Below, one piece after another: positions 1-13,200 of a DNA stretch of 64,000 nt. Within the stretch, counting starts at the first letter, position 1, and each line of letters starts with the position of its first letter. The position numbers were made by a program, and so were the translations under genes. A model generated the notes under the pieces. That model saw nothing but the letters and a program-made list of their open reading frames with translations, ran no database searches and was not told the DNA's origin. The DNA is from Balanoglossus misakiensis (Eukaryota > Animalia > Hemichordata), in NCBI GenBank assembly GCA_040954595.2, contig CM082597.2:8266343-8330342 (forward strand). The letters are read 5' to 3'.

Positions 1-61
1 TATCTACGTTGTGTGCGAATACTAGTATACTAACAGTATTGAAATCGGGATTTTTTCGTAG

Positions 62-3000
62 AACAACCATTTCTGTTCGTGGGAACGGACAATCAACTGT
101 ACTCGGGAAATGAATTGCGAGACAATATGAATCTTTTGGACACTGAACCGATCACTGATGTCGAAGTCTTGAGTACTGGGGATTTAATCGCCTTGGATAC
201 AGAGGGCAAATTGAAAATCAAGAATAAGTGGCCAATGGACGGAGGCAATTTCAACTTCATGCTGAGCGATAGGCGTGGCCGTCGGTCCTGAGGATTTACT
301 GGTCAGCGTCGGTACAGACAACAGTTTATACCTCTGGTCAAGTCAACAGTCATCCTGGGTAGGGCCAGTACAACACAGTTATGGGGTCATAAAAGTGGCG
401 CTGTACGGATTGACGTTAGAAGGCGACGGAATCGTTCTCGCGAAATTTCAAGAACCTTTCTGGGATAAAGTTGCAACAGACGCTATGGGTAAAAAGTACT
501 GCGATTTCACATTACTGACCGGCTCAACATCGTATGCAATCCATGTGGTAGAATCACAGACATCGCCTATAAAGTCTGTAGCTGTTACCGTTAATCCAGG
601 CATTGGCCCTGCCAATTCATCACAAGGTTCAATTTATTATTTAGTCTACGTCAGTATTTTATTATCATTTTATGTCAGGATTCCGTTGGCGTCACTGGAA
701 TCGGTGACGTCACCGCTGCCATTATTGGTTGTGTTATGTATGTTAGCGCCACATGTGTCAATATCCGTAATATCGTCTTCAATTTCTGCAGTTTTGACGC
801 AACCCGTATCAGCATGCTGATTGGCCAATTCAGTTTCGATTCCAGGTGCACTCAGAACATCTTTGTTAAGAGCATGTGGTGTAAAGTTAGGTGTTAATGG
901 GAGTCAATTTCGTATGGGTGTTACCATTGTTGTCTGATTGACTTTCTCTATCGTCTATTTATTATTTATTTTTTAGTTCATTTCCCTTTGATATGTCCAA
1001 GCTCTTATTTTACTTCAATCAACGAGTCATGCGTTTCGTTCATTTATACAGGTACAGAGCGCGAGGCAGATAGCAATGGCACTGAATTTGAAAGCGGAGG
1101 TATGCTCAATCTAAGTTATAGAAAATATCACGATTGGACCAGATCTCAATATTTACAATAACTGTAGATTCAATTAAGTGTTTCATTTTTTTTTCCATTT
1201 TGACAATCTTAGAGAGTTCCTAGAGTTACTAAGCCTTTCGTCTCCTTGTATTCGTCAGGAACTGGCGCAGATACAGACAGTAGTGCCTCTAGATTTGGAG
1301 GCGAATGTATGCCCTGCCCCAATACTAAATATATAGTTCGAGAGATTTTTGTTTAGTTGTGGTTCATGCCTGCATGTCCAGCAAGTGACTTTGTTTCGTG
1401 AAACTTGATGTCGGTTCAACAGTTGGCTCTAGCCTTCACCCAGAGGCTGTCACTCGACAGGGGTACCCTTCAGAATTTGTCGTCCCACTTTGTTGCATCC
1501 CTGACTTTTATTTTATTGTATGTTTATTTCAAATTCACAGGTTCTGACGACAGTTTTCGTTTCGTATCCGAAGCAAGCACTGGTGGCTCAGACGCAGAGA
1601 ATTCATGTTCGTTGTTATATCTCACCTTACCACTGTCAGATAATTTTCATCGTAGTTTAGAATGTTGCGTAGGGGCGGCTAGCGCTGGTGGGCGGCTGGC
1701 TGGGTGTTTGAATGACTCTGACTGAAGCTTACAGTCCTGCCAATCTTGTACCACTATCTTCCTTCAACTTCTTGCGTTTTTACACGTGGAAAAAAACATA
1801 TACTCAAAACTTGTTTTCTCATTGATACAGTCCCTCAGGAAAGAGACTGCGTCATGAATAACGTGTGTTCATGTTAATTATGCTTTGAGAAAGATAAAGT
1901 CATATACGTAAGCCAGGCTTAGAAAAATGTTGTACCTTATTGTATATGTAGGTACGTAGGCCCTCGGTCACAACGTTATACATACATCTCTATTTTCACA
2001 TTCTTTTCATAGCGCCAACTACGGTCGACAATCCAGTCCTCACTTCAATTGTCACTCAAGCGCCGACAGCAGATCTACTGGCAGTTGGAAGCGACGGGAG
2101 TGCAGTCTACACTGGCAAGACTGTTGATAGAGGCACGTATGAATATGTTGGTGCACTTTTCATGGCAACCTTGTTGTATAATGATAAAGTTAATGTGATA
2201 TACGGTTCGGAATCGTCGGAGACCTTCGTGGATCTTTTATTGTAGTAATATGAATTAATTCGGTGATGGTGTTAATGTACAGTGTATTAAATTTCTGTAA
2301 TGCAAGGTGCCTTGAAACTCCGTGTGCTTATATAAAATCGATTGCATCACCCCCACGCCAGATTCACCAGAGATCAGAGGCACATTTACCCATCAATCCA
2401 AAAACGACAGCATGCTGATACCGGGACAAGCCTCAAAGTCTGGTATGATAGCTGATATTGGAAGCTACGTTGTGTCGCTCTTATTCAGTAAACAAGATAT
2501 CGCCACTGGCAGCTCTCTACGAACGAATGTGTACACCTGTTAAGCATTCAGGACGTTTTATTGCTCACTGCCAGTATTTCACATCATGCATTATTCGATC
2601 CAACGTGACGCAAACATCGTGCAAGGCCGCCGCACACGAGGGAATTTTGAATAAAAAGGGTGAATTTTGCTCAGCAATTTTCTCTCGTGTACGGGCGATT
2701 TTTGGTGATTTCATTTTACTTTTGTGACGTGGATCCTAATATCAACCATGTTTGATATTTTTCATCGCCAGGAAAATTACTCAAAACTGCCACAAACGAA
2801 AGAAATTCGCTGAGTAAATTCCCTCGAATGATTTGTGTTCATCTGTGCCCTTTACATTACGTTTCATGTCTTTTTGTCTTTACCGAAAACCTATGTTCTG
2901 GTGAATCGAATGTCCTGAGCCAAACCGTTTCTTTTATTACAGGAACTTAAAAATCTCTGACTATTGTCGGAATTACTGTGGTTGCCGTGATCGCAGCGTC

Positions 3001-3085
3001 ATTGATAACATTCCTGCGAAGGAAATATAGAAAGAAGAAAGCCGAGGACGCTACCAAAGCAGGAGGAAACAAATTTACGTGTTAG
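62..3085 (+). pseudogene. Multi-exon disabled gene: lectin-like beta-propeller repeats, Ser/Thr stalk, single TM helix and basic tail (type I membrane protein-like)
   Basis: Acceptor tttcgtag at 61; repeats FVGTDNQLYS and SVGTDNSLYLW...WVGPV with a frameshift near 270 (ORFs 79-291 and 275-820). Phase-1 exons 1052-1099 and 2013-2132 (GC donor). Last exon 2943-3085 reads GT*KSLTIVGITVVAVIAASLITFLRRKYRKKKAEDATKAGGNKFTC*, with in-frame TAA at 2948-2950. The domain name is inference. Confidence 0.55.
2625..2827. mobile_element. Palindromic MITE-like element
   Basis: Left arm gaattttgctcagcaattttctctcg resembles the reverse complement of right arm cgaaagaaattcgctgagtaaattccctcg; central hairpin aatatcaaccatgtttgatatt. 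Confidence 0.45.
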
Positions 3086-5744
3086 AGAAACATGGTTTAT
3101 TAGTTTTGCCATTCATGGAACCGACAGCTTGCGACCACATTGAATTCAATATAAACATTTTCACTAATAGAGAAAGAGTATTTGTGAGTAATATTAACTT
3201 TGAATAAAATTAAAATATCATGTTAATTTGAATTACTAATCGTTTCTAGTCCTTTATTTTCCACGTTTTCGTGTAAATTGTGAGCATTGCGAAGATTGGC
3301 GATCACTACACTACACTACACTACACTACGCTACGGTACGCTGCACTGCAAACGTTTACATGTACTGTGTTTAGCAGTGGAAAGCAAATAGCAGTAACAG
3401 CAGCAGTAACAGGGAGTCTGGCCATGACGTAGACATACAAACAGTATCAGAATCACATACGGGACGAGTGCACGGGAGAGTGCTGAGAGTGAACAGCAAA
3501 ACCTGACTGGTCACAACTTTGAAGTAGACACCGCTCTTTCTTCAACTGGTACGGAATATATCGTAACAGGTGGTTGCATTTTACCGTCACCGAAACTAGA
3601 CCACATGAATATGTATAAGAATTCTTCTTTTGAATGTGCATTACTGCAACGCAGTTTGGAAATCTAGGTTATGCTTGGGGCATACTAGCGGTTCCCAGCT
3701 GTCGCAATAAATTATCTTCTACATCGATTAAAGGGACAAAGTCTCTCTCTCGCTGCCCTTTTTTCCATTAATTATATTTGATACAAGACACCGTTTGTTA
3801 TTCTATATGTGGATATATAGTGAATTACTTGCATTGAGAGTGCGGTGTCCGAAACGATATGTCATCTTGGTTTCACAATGAATGACAGTGCAACAGGTGG
3901 GTGAATAACACCCTCAAAAAAGAGCCGGTGTTTGTAATGACTTTCATGCACGCATGTAAAACATCTTTAAGTTGTTTCGAGAATAATACTTCTAGTTCTG
4001 ATTCTTGTGTAAATAGAACAATAATACCATACCGCGCAAGCAAAAGACGTCGCCGTACCCTACATCTGGTGTTGATAAGATATGGATTTGAACGTGTGGG
4101 GGAAATTCAATACCAATGCCCTGACAGATGGCTTAGTCTTCAAAAGTTCGAAGAAATACAATGTGTGAACATGTGGATTTAAATAATTGCCACACCTCTT
4201 TGCCCCCGGTCTTCGGAAATAAAATCACAACACCATATAAATTCTGTCCTTCAAGAACATCGCATTCCAGTTTACCCGGCGAGTGGGATAAAAGCTCACG
4301 CCTCTTGATTTACGACGTGGACACGAGTGACAAGTACGTACATCTGTAAGACACGCTATAGATAGATGATGCTTCGCCTGTATATCTCAATTCCACTTTA
4401 ATGTACAATATATTTGTAAATTTCCGAGTTTTTCGAGTATACATCGTGATGGCGAAGCGTTCATGAAGGCTATGCTTTTACCTGAAGGTGTCAACTGATG
4501 TTGGTTCGAGACCACTTTTTTTCTACTTCTTTTGTGTGTGAGAAATTTTATCGACATTATCATTGGAATTGTTATCATTTTCATAAATCCAATTCATTTC
4601 AATATCTACGCTGCGTTTTTTATCTGTCGGGTATAAGAAACATGCAGGGAAACGTGATCATTTTTCTTGTCGCAGTTCACTTGGGCAAGTCTGAATACGG
4701 AGGGTTAGGGTTAGGAATCCAAATTTTTGGCCCAATTTTTGGGGTACCCTCAGCTGACCTTTGAAGTACTTACTGAAGTACTTACATAACGTAGAAGTTC
4801 ACTTTTGGTTGTTGTGTTCGTACTTGTAGGACATCCATTTCGGGTGGTTGCCTACTTACCCACATCTCCACATCCAGAGCAAATACATCCTACGCATTTG
4901 AATGGTACAACCCTGAATGGAGTCTAATGGTTATTATCTCTATGCTTGGGCCCCTTCAATATGATCTGATGTTTTGTAGTGTTGCTATAGTAACACGGTT
5001 AGTTGTCACCAGTTTTTCAGCTAGCGCACGGCCTTGCGACATTTGACGCAATAAATGTTGGATTGTCGCAACAAAATAATCTTTATGGGTCACTTTGACG
5101 CATTCTTACTGAGTGAGCAACAATATGACTGATTGTCATCTCCCGTACTTTTGCTTTGCGTCCACCTTTGCTTTCACTGGAACTTGTTACTCCCTTTCAA
5201 TTTTTGATAATTTAGTGAACACAACTTAGTGATTTCACACCTTGCACAGCTTTAATCACCCTAGAAGCAACACAGCTCTGCACGCTGTCAAGACCAGTGC
5301 GCTGCCATTTTATTCAGTGCACAAGTTATCTTTACACAGGCGTCCTATAAATAGCATCAATAGCCTAGTAACACAAGCAACGCACTGAGCGAACGCGCAT
5401 TGTAACAACTTAGCTAAACTTAACAAATGATGAAGCAACTTTTGTTGGAGGTCATGCCAATGTATGTGCGTCTGCACAGGCTTATAAAATTAACAGCGGC
5501 CCAGGGCTGGTCATAATTGGACAGGCAGGTAAATTTCATCGTCACCTGCCCTGATTTATGCGAACTTGATAAGAGAAACTTTAAAATACTTCGCACTATT
5601 TAACTTAGTTTAGAATATGAATGGTATGATAACAAAAATAAGTATTATCAAAGCAATTAATCTGATCCTAAATGTTGATCTTTTGCCCCAAAAACAATAC
5701 ACAATAAAATTTCTTCACCAATGGCAGTACATAATTAACACACA

Positions 5745-6240
5745 ATCTGAGATGTCTTAGGATATGTCCAATTTCTAAAAATTACATACATGTACCGGGT
5801 AGTAGGATATAAAAGATAACCCGCACTGAAAACTTGTGAACTTGGCATGAGCAGGCAGACTGTTTCATCGAGGATGGCATAAACAAGGGGGGGGGGATTC
5901 CACTCTGGCAATTAGGGGGGACTGTAATATCTCTAGCTGGGCAGGTAAATTTTCAGAGTGTGTATCGAATGGGCAGGTAAGCAAGAAAAACCAGAAATCT
6001 CAAGGCCTGACTGCATAACTAGAAAGCAGACTGCAGACACCCAATTATAATAATTCATATCGATGTTTAGTGGCCAGAGTGATGTCCAAAAGAAGCTATG
6101 ATTATGGAAATTTTATGGAAATTAGCCCTGACTCTATGATTTTTTCCTAGGGAGAACCCTGTCCTGATATATTGTGCCTCGAAAATATGACTTGTTCCTC
6201 TTTCTAACCTGCTGCGGGTCACAATGTCCCCATGCTTTCA
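5745..6240 (+). repeat. Dispersed repeat, inverted relative to the copy at 34145-34635
   Basis: gcactgaaaacttgtgaacttggcatg, aggcctgactgca and ggtcacaatgtccc occur as reverse complements at 34145-34635. Confidence 0.75.
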
Positions 6241-6631
6241 AAAGCTGCTGAAACGTTGTGTCACCATGTTGTCTTCAAGAAAAAATTCACATTTCACTAT
6301 TGGTATAATACTCTCTATTAGCACAGGGGGTTGCAAACATTAAAGTTATAAATGGCGGAGTTCTGATCTGCATTTTCCCCACCTGTCTTATCATTTGCTA
6401 ATCTAGAATACTAGTACAAGCTATCGAATTTCCAATTAAGCACCTGTTAACGACTAAATCTGTGTGCCCCATGATTAAGTTGATAAAGTAAACATCGGTC
6501 AGCGAGTACTGGGTATAACAATGTTATCACACTTAGATGAATGATGAATTCATAGCTGAGTGTTATGTTGATAAATAATTTCACTATATGTTTTCAGATT
6601 TTCTTTACTACAATTCAGAGTACTTCCTTAA

Positions 6632-6720
6632 CCCTTTCACCCCCATTTCACTGTGTAAAGGTCCAACACTGCCATTGGAGAACAATGGAGTTATTAGACC
6701 AAACCATGGTGGAGAAAGGG
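6632..6720. mobile_element. 89-bp piggyBac-type MITE
   Basis: TTAA|CCCTTTCACCCCCAT ... ATGGTGGAGAAAGGG|TTAA: CCC-start TIRs, TTAA at 6628-6631 and 6721-6724. Confidence 0.8.
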
Positions 6721-6863
6721 TTAAAACAACTTATCCTCATCAGATCCTAATGTGTGTAGCTTCTTTTTTTAATCCATTTTAGTTTTTGAGCCAAGGAAGG
6801 ATCTCATGTGATGTGTTGACTGTACATAATCAGTGAGTACTGGGTATGAGAACTGACTGATGT

Positions 6864-7810
6864 TTACTTAATCCACTTAATCCGTTTTTGCTGTATTTCC
6901 CCAGCAGGTGTAGTTGGCCGAAACATATATCCAGTGGTAAGATCTATCCCTATCTCCTTTGCCAACGACACATAGCTCTCCAAGGTATTGACAGGGCACA
7001 TACTAACATTCTGGCAGCGCTTAAGAGCAAACATGTTGGATGATGCACCTCTCAAAGTTTTGCCATAGGTGTGGCTGAGTTGCCAGGAAACCGCAATATC
7101 TCTTGGGTTTTCAGTTGACCAGGGTCACCTGCCCTATCACCAGAGAAAAATAGTAATTTGAATAACGCCAGGTCCCTAGCGTATATGTATATTTGTGACG
7201 GGGATGTGGCTTCTTGTAACTTCGCTAACAGATATTCAAACACTTTCGTCATTTTTGTAGGAAGATGGGTTTGGCCAGTTTAGATGTTAAATGCCCGTTC
7301 GCCTGTTCTTCAGACATTTTCTTCATGTACCAATGCACCATAACCGAGTTGGCTGAGCTCCTAGCCCGTTTTTCTCCGTGTACAGCCTGGAAGTATGATG
7401 GCAATTTTGATACCATATTTTTAACTGTCCCAAATCTCAAACGTTGGGGGCACATACATGGCTTGTGACCGGATTGCCCTAGAAACTGGTAGGTGATGTA
7501 ATGTACCTGGGTGTTTGCATCCTTATCCTTATATTTAAGAAAACGTACAATATCATCTGGGTTTGCCATCAATACAGGTTTTGGTATCGGTAATGTGGAC
7601 AGAAACTTTTCAAATTGCTGGACCAACCTATCTTTTTGAACCTCATATGGTGATCGTTCGCCCAGCAATTCTTGCATGCGTTGATCAATGGCTTGCATGT
7701 TTGGTATTATATCACCTTGTCGTACTCTGTTTTCCATCAGTTTGGAGTTGCACATAACACAACATTGACATTCCCTGGGGTTACTAGTTCCACATATCCA
7801 ACATACCTGC
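6864..7810 (-). pseudogene. Zinc ribbon + ALOG domain + N-terminal half of tyrosine recombinase (frameshifted, truncated)
   Basis: CWICGTSNPRECQCCVMC; DIVRFLKYKD..TQVH..CMCPQRLRFGTV (ALOG zinc insert); ARDLALFKLLFFSGDRAGD (catalytic R box); HTYGKTLR..CPV..GYMFRP. Frameshifts near 7250 and 7075; the HxxR and Tyr motifs are missing. Confidence 0.8.
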
Positions 7811-8068
7811 AGGTGCAATCGGGTTGAGTACGGGTAAGTCAACGAGTAAACAAAATGTATTTATCTAATTGTTCAATTTATTTATTTGATCAATATTTAT
7901 CATGATACTTTATTATTACATATGTGCGCACACACCTCTTTCTATATGTATGCAAAGTTATATACTTATTACCCGGGTTATTGTATCACATTCACTAAAA
8001 ATATGTTATTTCCCCGATCCTTTAAATGTGACAACAAGTAAATCACATGGGAGAGGATGGTCGACATA

Positions 8069-9375
8069 TCAATTCTTTGAAGGCGCCTTAATTATACCCT
8101 TATCTCCTCTGCTTCCCAGTGTGATTATCCCACTCGCCTTCTGCTTCACCATTGGCCAATATGACTGTAGAAAACGTTGCCTGGGTATGATTACTGTGGC
8201 CATCAAATTATTATCAACAATATGTTTTAATACTGGGTGCACCATTACAAATGGCGGGCACACATATATTCTCTCGTTTGTATCAAAGCAGTGCTGGAAG
8301 AAATTAACACCCTCACTACCTGTCTGGGGAAAGGGGGAGACGAACCTCGGTAGCAGAGAGTTGGAACGATTGGCCATTGCGTCAATATGATGTGGACCAA
8401 ATGTTGCATCCAACTGTTTCCACGTCTTAGGGAACAAAGTGCAATTCGCTAACGACGTATCTTTAGAGGGCGCATCGGCCTCATTGTCGTTAGATGGCAC
8501 ATGAATGAGGGAGAGGCGGATATTGTGGTCAAAACAGAACAGGAAAATTCTCTTAAGAATTTCATTAAGGTGTAGTGAGCGAGCACCTGGGAGACCATTA
8601 TTCCACGCTTGTACTACTGGCAAGGCGTCAATTAAAAGATCGACCCGGCTATCATTTATGTGCTCGCATAGAGCAGTGAGGGCACGTGATATCGCGTCTG
8701 CCTCCTTCCTAATAATTGGTTGCTCTTTCCACGCATCTGCCCACATATCTCCGATCACCAATCTCCTGCCATTTAAATACAATATTGCACCCCATCTAAA
8801 GGAGCTTGCATCTGTGAACAACTTTATACCCATGTGTTTCTCTTTGGGCCAACTAAACTGACCGGATTTATCTACAATTAATTTCCATTCATTTAATTCT
8901 TCCCTCAATTGCCCAGTGATGTTAATCAGGGTTCTTGCATGGAACTGCGCTCGACCAATGGCATACGCCATGTGTCTAATATATAACCTGGCACATGGGA
9001 TTGCCAAAGCAAACGAAATACATTTACCCATAATTTTCTGCAACATTTGTATTGTGACTGCTCTTTGGCATAATGCTCCGTTAACTAAATCTATAATTTT
9101 ACCTTTCTTATTCTCGGGGATGGAAAACGATTGTGCCACGGAATCAACTGTGAGGCCCAACATAACGAGGGATTGTACAGGCGACATTACGCTCTTCTCA
9201 ATAGCAATAAAGTAACCTGCTGCTATACACACACTATACATGATATACGCTGCTGCTTGGGCGCGTTTATACTCGTCCCAATCATTTGTATTTTCCTATG
9301 GTAATTTCAAGACTCCACCATGCTTATCATCAATGTATTGGATACATGGTACTCCAAGTGATCTTATATAACTAT
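8069..9375 (-). pseudogene. DIRS-type reverse transcriptase / RNase H / adenine-methyltransferase-like ORF (5'-truncated)
   Basis: Upstream of ORF 8069-9241 the same frame reads SYIRSLGVPCIQYIDDKH (YxDD) with TAG at 9296-9298; RNase H LFTDASSFRWGA, KEADA, HVPSNDNEADAPS; MT-like FGPHHIDAMA..SN..IYVCPPF. Confidence 0.85.
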
Positions 9376-10045
9376 TGTAGGATCCAATTCCTACTTGCAT
9401 GGGCCCCTGGAGTACACACTCTGGACACTCGTGTTGTATAAAAATTCTCCTTTTATTTTACTCTCTACGAGGAGCAAACTGTTCGGTACATACAAAATAG
9501 ACCGTGCACGACGTAATAACACGGTTCTAATACTGGTATAACACTGGTATAACACGGTAGAACACGGGTACAACACGGTTCTGTATAAACAAATACATAG
9601 ACGAAATAAATTCAAGTAAATATTCAAAGGTAAATGTAAAATGCCGATACAGAAGTTCAAACTCAATTACAAAGCAAATTCCAAAAATACAGCGTTTACA
9701 GGTAAGTAAATTCAAATCAATTCTATTCAATCACTCAAAATTAATGTTTTATAAATGAAGTAGTCTGCGTCCTGGATAGTCGCTGCTTCTGTTGAAAGAC
9801 CGCTCTGTATCGCTAAATAAAACAGGTAAGTCTTACCTCAGATGGTGACGCTTTTAGGGGCTCAAAAAGCATGCAGTGCAGTGGTCACAAACATGTACCC
9901 TAGAAGGCCTGACGTGGCAAAATGAAAACTTGCACACTGGCGAGGTGCCAATTTATAGTGAAAAGGAAATTTGCATATTGGATAACCACTATGTGCATGT
10001 GCACCTGCACACACAGCCATCCAATCAGGGAGGACTGCACTTACT
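9376..10045 (-). repeat. 3' LTR (670 bp)
   Basis: Direct repeat of 15446-16106; about 4 substitutions, one 10-bp and one 1-bp indel by eye; PPT-like TTTTGGGGCCGG abuts it on the minus strand (10046-10057). Confidence 0.95.
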
Positions 10046-10243
10046 CCGGCCCCAAAAGGCGCATCATCTTAAATAAGCCTTTTAAAATTATTTCATTGCT
10101 AGTCCTGCAACAAACAATAAGAAATGGTTAAACATTTGTTTAAATCAATCATTATTTCTTTTACAAAAGCCACATCAGTTAGATAAATTTCAATTTCTTT
10201 GAATCTTTAAATTACGAATTTCAGATATGCTATTACTAATTAA

Positions 10244-13200
10244 TTATGGTGTAATACGTGTACTACTTTCCTCAAGCAAGCACAGTTTGCGAACATCTCT
10301 ACGCAATCTTCCTGTTTCAGTCTTCACTAGGACCTGGCGCACATTGCCGTACTGATCTGGGTAAGTTTGCTGAACTAGTCCTTTTGACCACTGTCCTCTT
10401 GGGATATTTTCCTCTACCACGATAACCAAATCTCCAACAGTCAGATTTCTCTTGGGCTTCAACCACTTCTGTCTCTGCTGAAGGGAAGGCAGGTATTCGT
10501 GTAGCCATCGTTTCCAAAACGAGTTCGCTATGAGATTAGCTTGGTTCCTTCTGTGATTAGCTGTACTGGTCGTGACAGTGTCTGCAGGAGATGTGCATGG
10601 ATTCGGCCTCAGTAGTAACAGGCTATTAGGCGTCAGTGCTTCAAGGTCATTCGGGTCATCTGATTGACGGGTCAAAGGTCGATCATTGATAATCTTCTCC
10701 ACCTCCGCCAAGACAGTAAGTAAAGTTTCGTCGTCAATTAGTTGGTTTCCAACGAGTGCTCGTAGAATTTTCCGCACTGAACGTATCATCCTTTCCCAAA
10801 CTCCTCCAGTATGACTGGCTGCGGGTGCATTGAAATACCATTGGATATCCCTCTTGCGTAGACTATCAGTTATCTTCTCTTGATTCCAACTCGCTAGAGC
10901 TTCTTTGATTTCAGATTCCGCTCCCCGGAAATTTGTTCCGTTGTCACTGTATACCGTTTTTGGTGGACCACGTCTGCTGACAAATCTCCATACTGCCTGA
11001 ATAAATGAATCTGTGGATAAACTGTGGGTGACTTCAATATGCACAGCTCGTATGGCGAGACAGGTGAATATACATCCGTATCGTTTGGACGTTCCTCTTC
11101 TCCACTTGACTTTCAAAGGACCAAAGAAGTCGATTCCCACTGCAGCAAATGCACTCTCACCTGGAGTAACTCTTGGGGTTGGAAGTGGCGCCATTATTTG
11201 CGTTCCAGGTCTTGCATTCCATCTCCTGCACACTACACATTTCCGCAGAATTCTTCTGACAGTAGCTTGGCCTCTCAAAATCCAATATTCTTTTCGGATT
11301 CTGGATAACACATGGGTGGTTCCTACGTGACCTTCCTGCTCATGGAAAAACTGAACAATTAATTCGGTCACATGATGATTATGGGGTAGAATAATAGGAT
11401 GTTTTGTGGTTTCATCTATGGGGGCGTTGTTTAGTCTTCCACCAACGTGTATAATGCCATCTTTGTAGATTGGACTGAGTCTGCAAAGTGGACTGGTATA
11501 TCCTTCAGAATCTGGTTTTCTGCTTGGATTCTTCAACTGTGTTGATATTTCCTTAGGAAACGCTTTCCGTTGAACGACTCTAATGACTTCTAAGGTAGCA
11601 TCGGACACTTCTGACACCGTTAGAGCACCAACCGGAACTTTACCATTTCCGCCATTCTCAATGCGAGCTCGGAGATACTTCTTGTATCGTAAAATCCAAG
11701 CGACAGATTTGCAAAGTTTGTACCATGACGAAAATCTGTGAATTAACGAATGGATGATATCAGTGTCATCTGTCTGGTTGCTGTTTACCACTGCGCATAC
11801 CTTTGCCATTTTCAATTCGTTGTCCTCATCCGATATTCTTGGTAAGTCGGTAGGTTGGGTTGGCCAGTTTCCTTCAGATTTCCAGAGAAATTCTGGACCT
11901 TCGAACCACAGTTTGGACTTCGCTTTGGCGGCTTTCAAGGTAATACCTCGGGAGGCACAATCAGCTGGATTGAGTTGTGAAGGAACATGATGCCATTGTG
12001 ACGGTAGTGTTGCATCGTGTATTAGTTGCAGGCGGTTGGCTACAAAGGTCTTGAAGCGTCTTGTTGAGCTGCAGATATATTGTATAACAATGGTAGAGTC
12101 TGTCCAGAATCGCTCTCGATGGATAGGAAATTGAAGTTCTTCTTTTATCTGTTTGCTGACTTTAACGGCCACTGTTGCTGCTGTCAATTCCAATCTTGGT
12201 ACTGTAATGGTCTTCAGTGGAGCAACTCTAGATTTGCCAGTCACGAGGCTGCAGTGAAAATTACCACCTTTGTCAGTAAACTGTAGGTAGGAAACAACCC
12301 CATATCCTTCCGTTGAAGCATCGCAGAAATGATGAATTTCTATAGATTGTGGCTTGCCAAAACCTGGAGGTGTGTAACACCGTGGAATTACCATGGCTTT
12401 TAACATCGGTAACTTCTGTAACCATTCACGCCAAGCAACAAGATATTTCACTGGTATGGCTTCATCCCATCCACATCCTTCTTTGCACAATTCTTGTAAT
12501 ATGCGCTTAACCGGCAATACAAATGGTGCAACAAATCCTAGTGGGTCGTACACAGATGCTACAACTGAGAGAATCCCTCTTCGAGTTTCACTTTTACTTT
12601 CCTTGCCAACTCTGAAGCTCATAGTATCTTCTTGAATGTCCCATTGTACACCAAGAGCTCTGTCAACTGGTAAGTCTTCCAGGTCTAAATTCATCACAGA
12701 CGGCGCCCTTTCTTCTGACGGGATGGAGGACAATACTTCTGTGCAATTAGAAATCCATTTGGTCAGATGAAATCCACCATTAGACAAAAGAGCTGAAACT
12801 TCAGTGATGAGTCTCTTGGCTGTGTCCACGGCAAGTACTGATTTTAAGAAATCATCCACGTAAAAATTTCTGTAGACAGCAACTATGATGTCCGAGTCGA
12901 AGTTACTTCTATTGTCGTCAGCTGTTCTCCGGAGGGCGTATGCTGAACAACTAGGTGATGATGTCACGCCAAACAAATGAACAAGCATTTGATGATCGAC
13001 GGGCTCCTTCGTGAGGTCACCGTTAGGCCACCATAGGAATCGCAGGACATCGCAATCTTCGGGGTCGACATGAACTTGGTGAAACATTTGCTTGATATCA
13101 GCAACCACTGCAACAGGATACTGACGGAACCGTAGCAAGACTCCAACCAAGGAATTGGTCAAATCCGGACCCTGCAAGAGTTGATCGTTCAGTGAAGTTC

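Larger units (their letters stand above)
6500..9375 (-). mobile_element. Decayed DIRS/Ngaro-like tyrosine-recombinase retrotransposon (ALOG-type)
   Basis: RT, RNase H and methyltransferase-like ORF followed by zinc ribbon-ALOG-YR ORF on the same strand; short direct repeat cag(c/t)gagtactgggtat at ~6500 and ~6831; 5' part interrupted by the LTR element at 9376. Confidence 0.8.

Noticed and set aside
4702-4714. GGGTTAGGGTTAGG telomere-like motif
   Set aside because: Only two units; expected by chance or within repeats
5502-6009. Possible hAT MITE (CAGGGCT...AGGCCTG)
   Set aside because: TIR match is very short and there is no 8-bp TSD
9391-10131. Small ORFs duplicated at 15461-16165
   Set aside because: They lie within the two LTRs and show no coding signature
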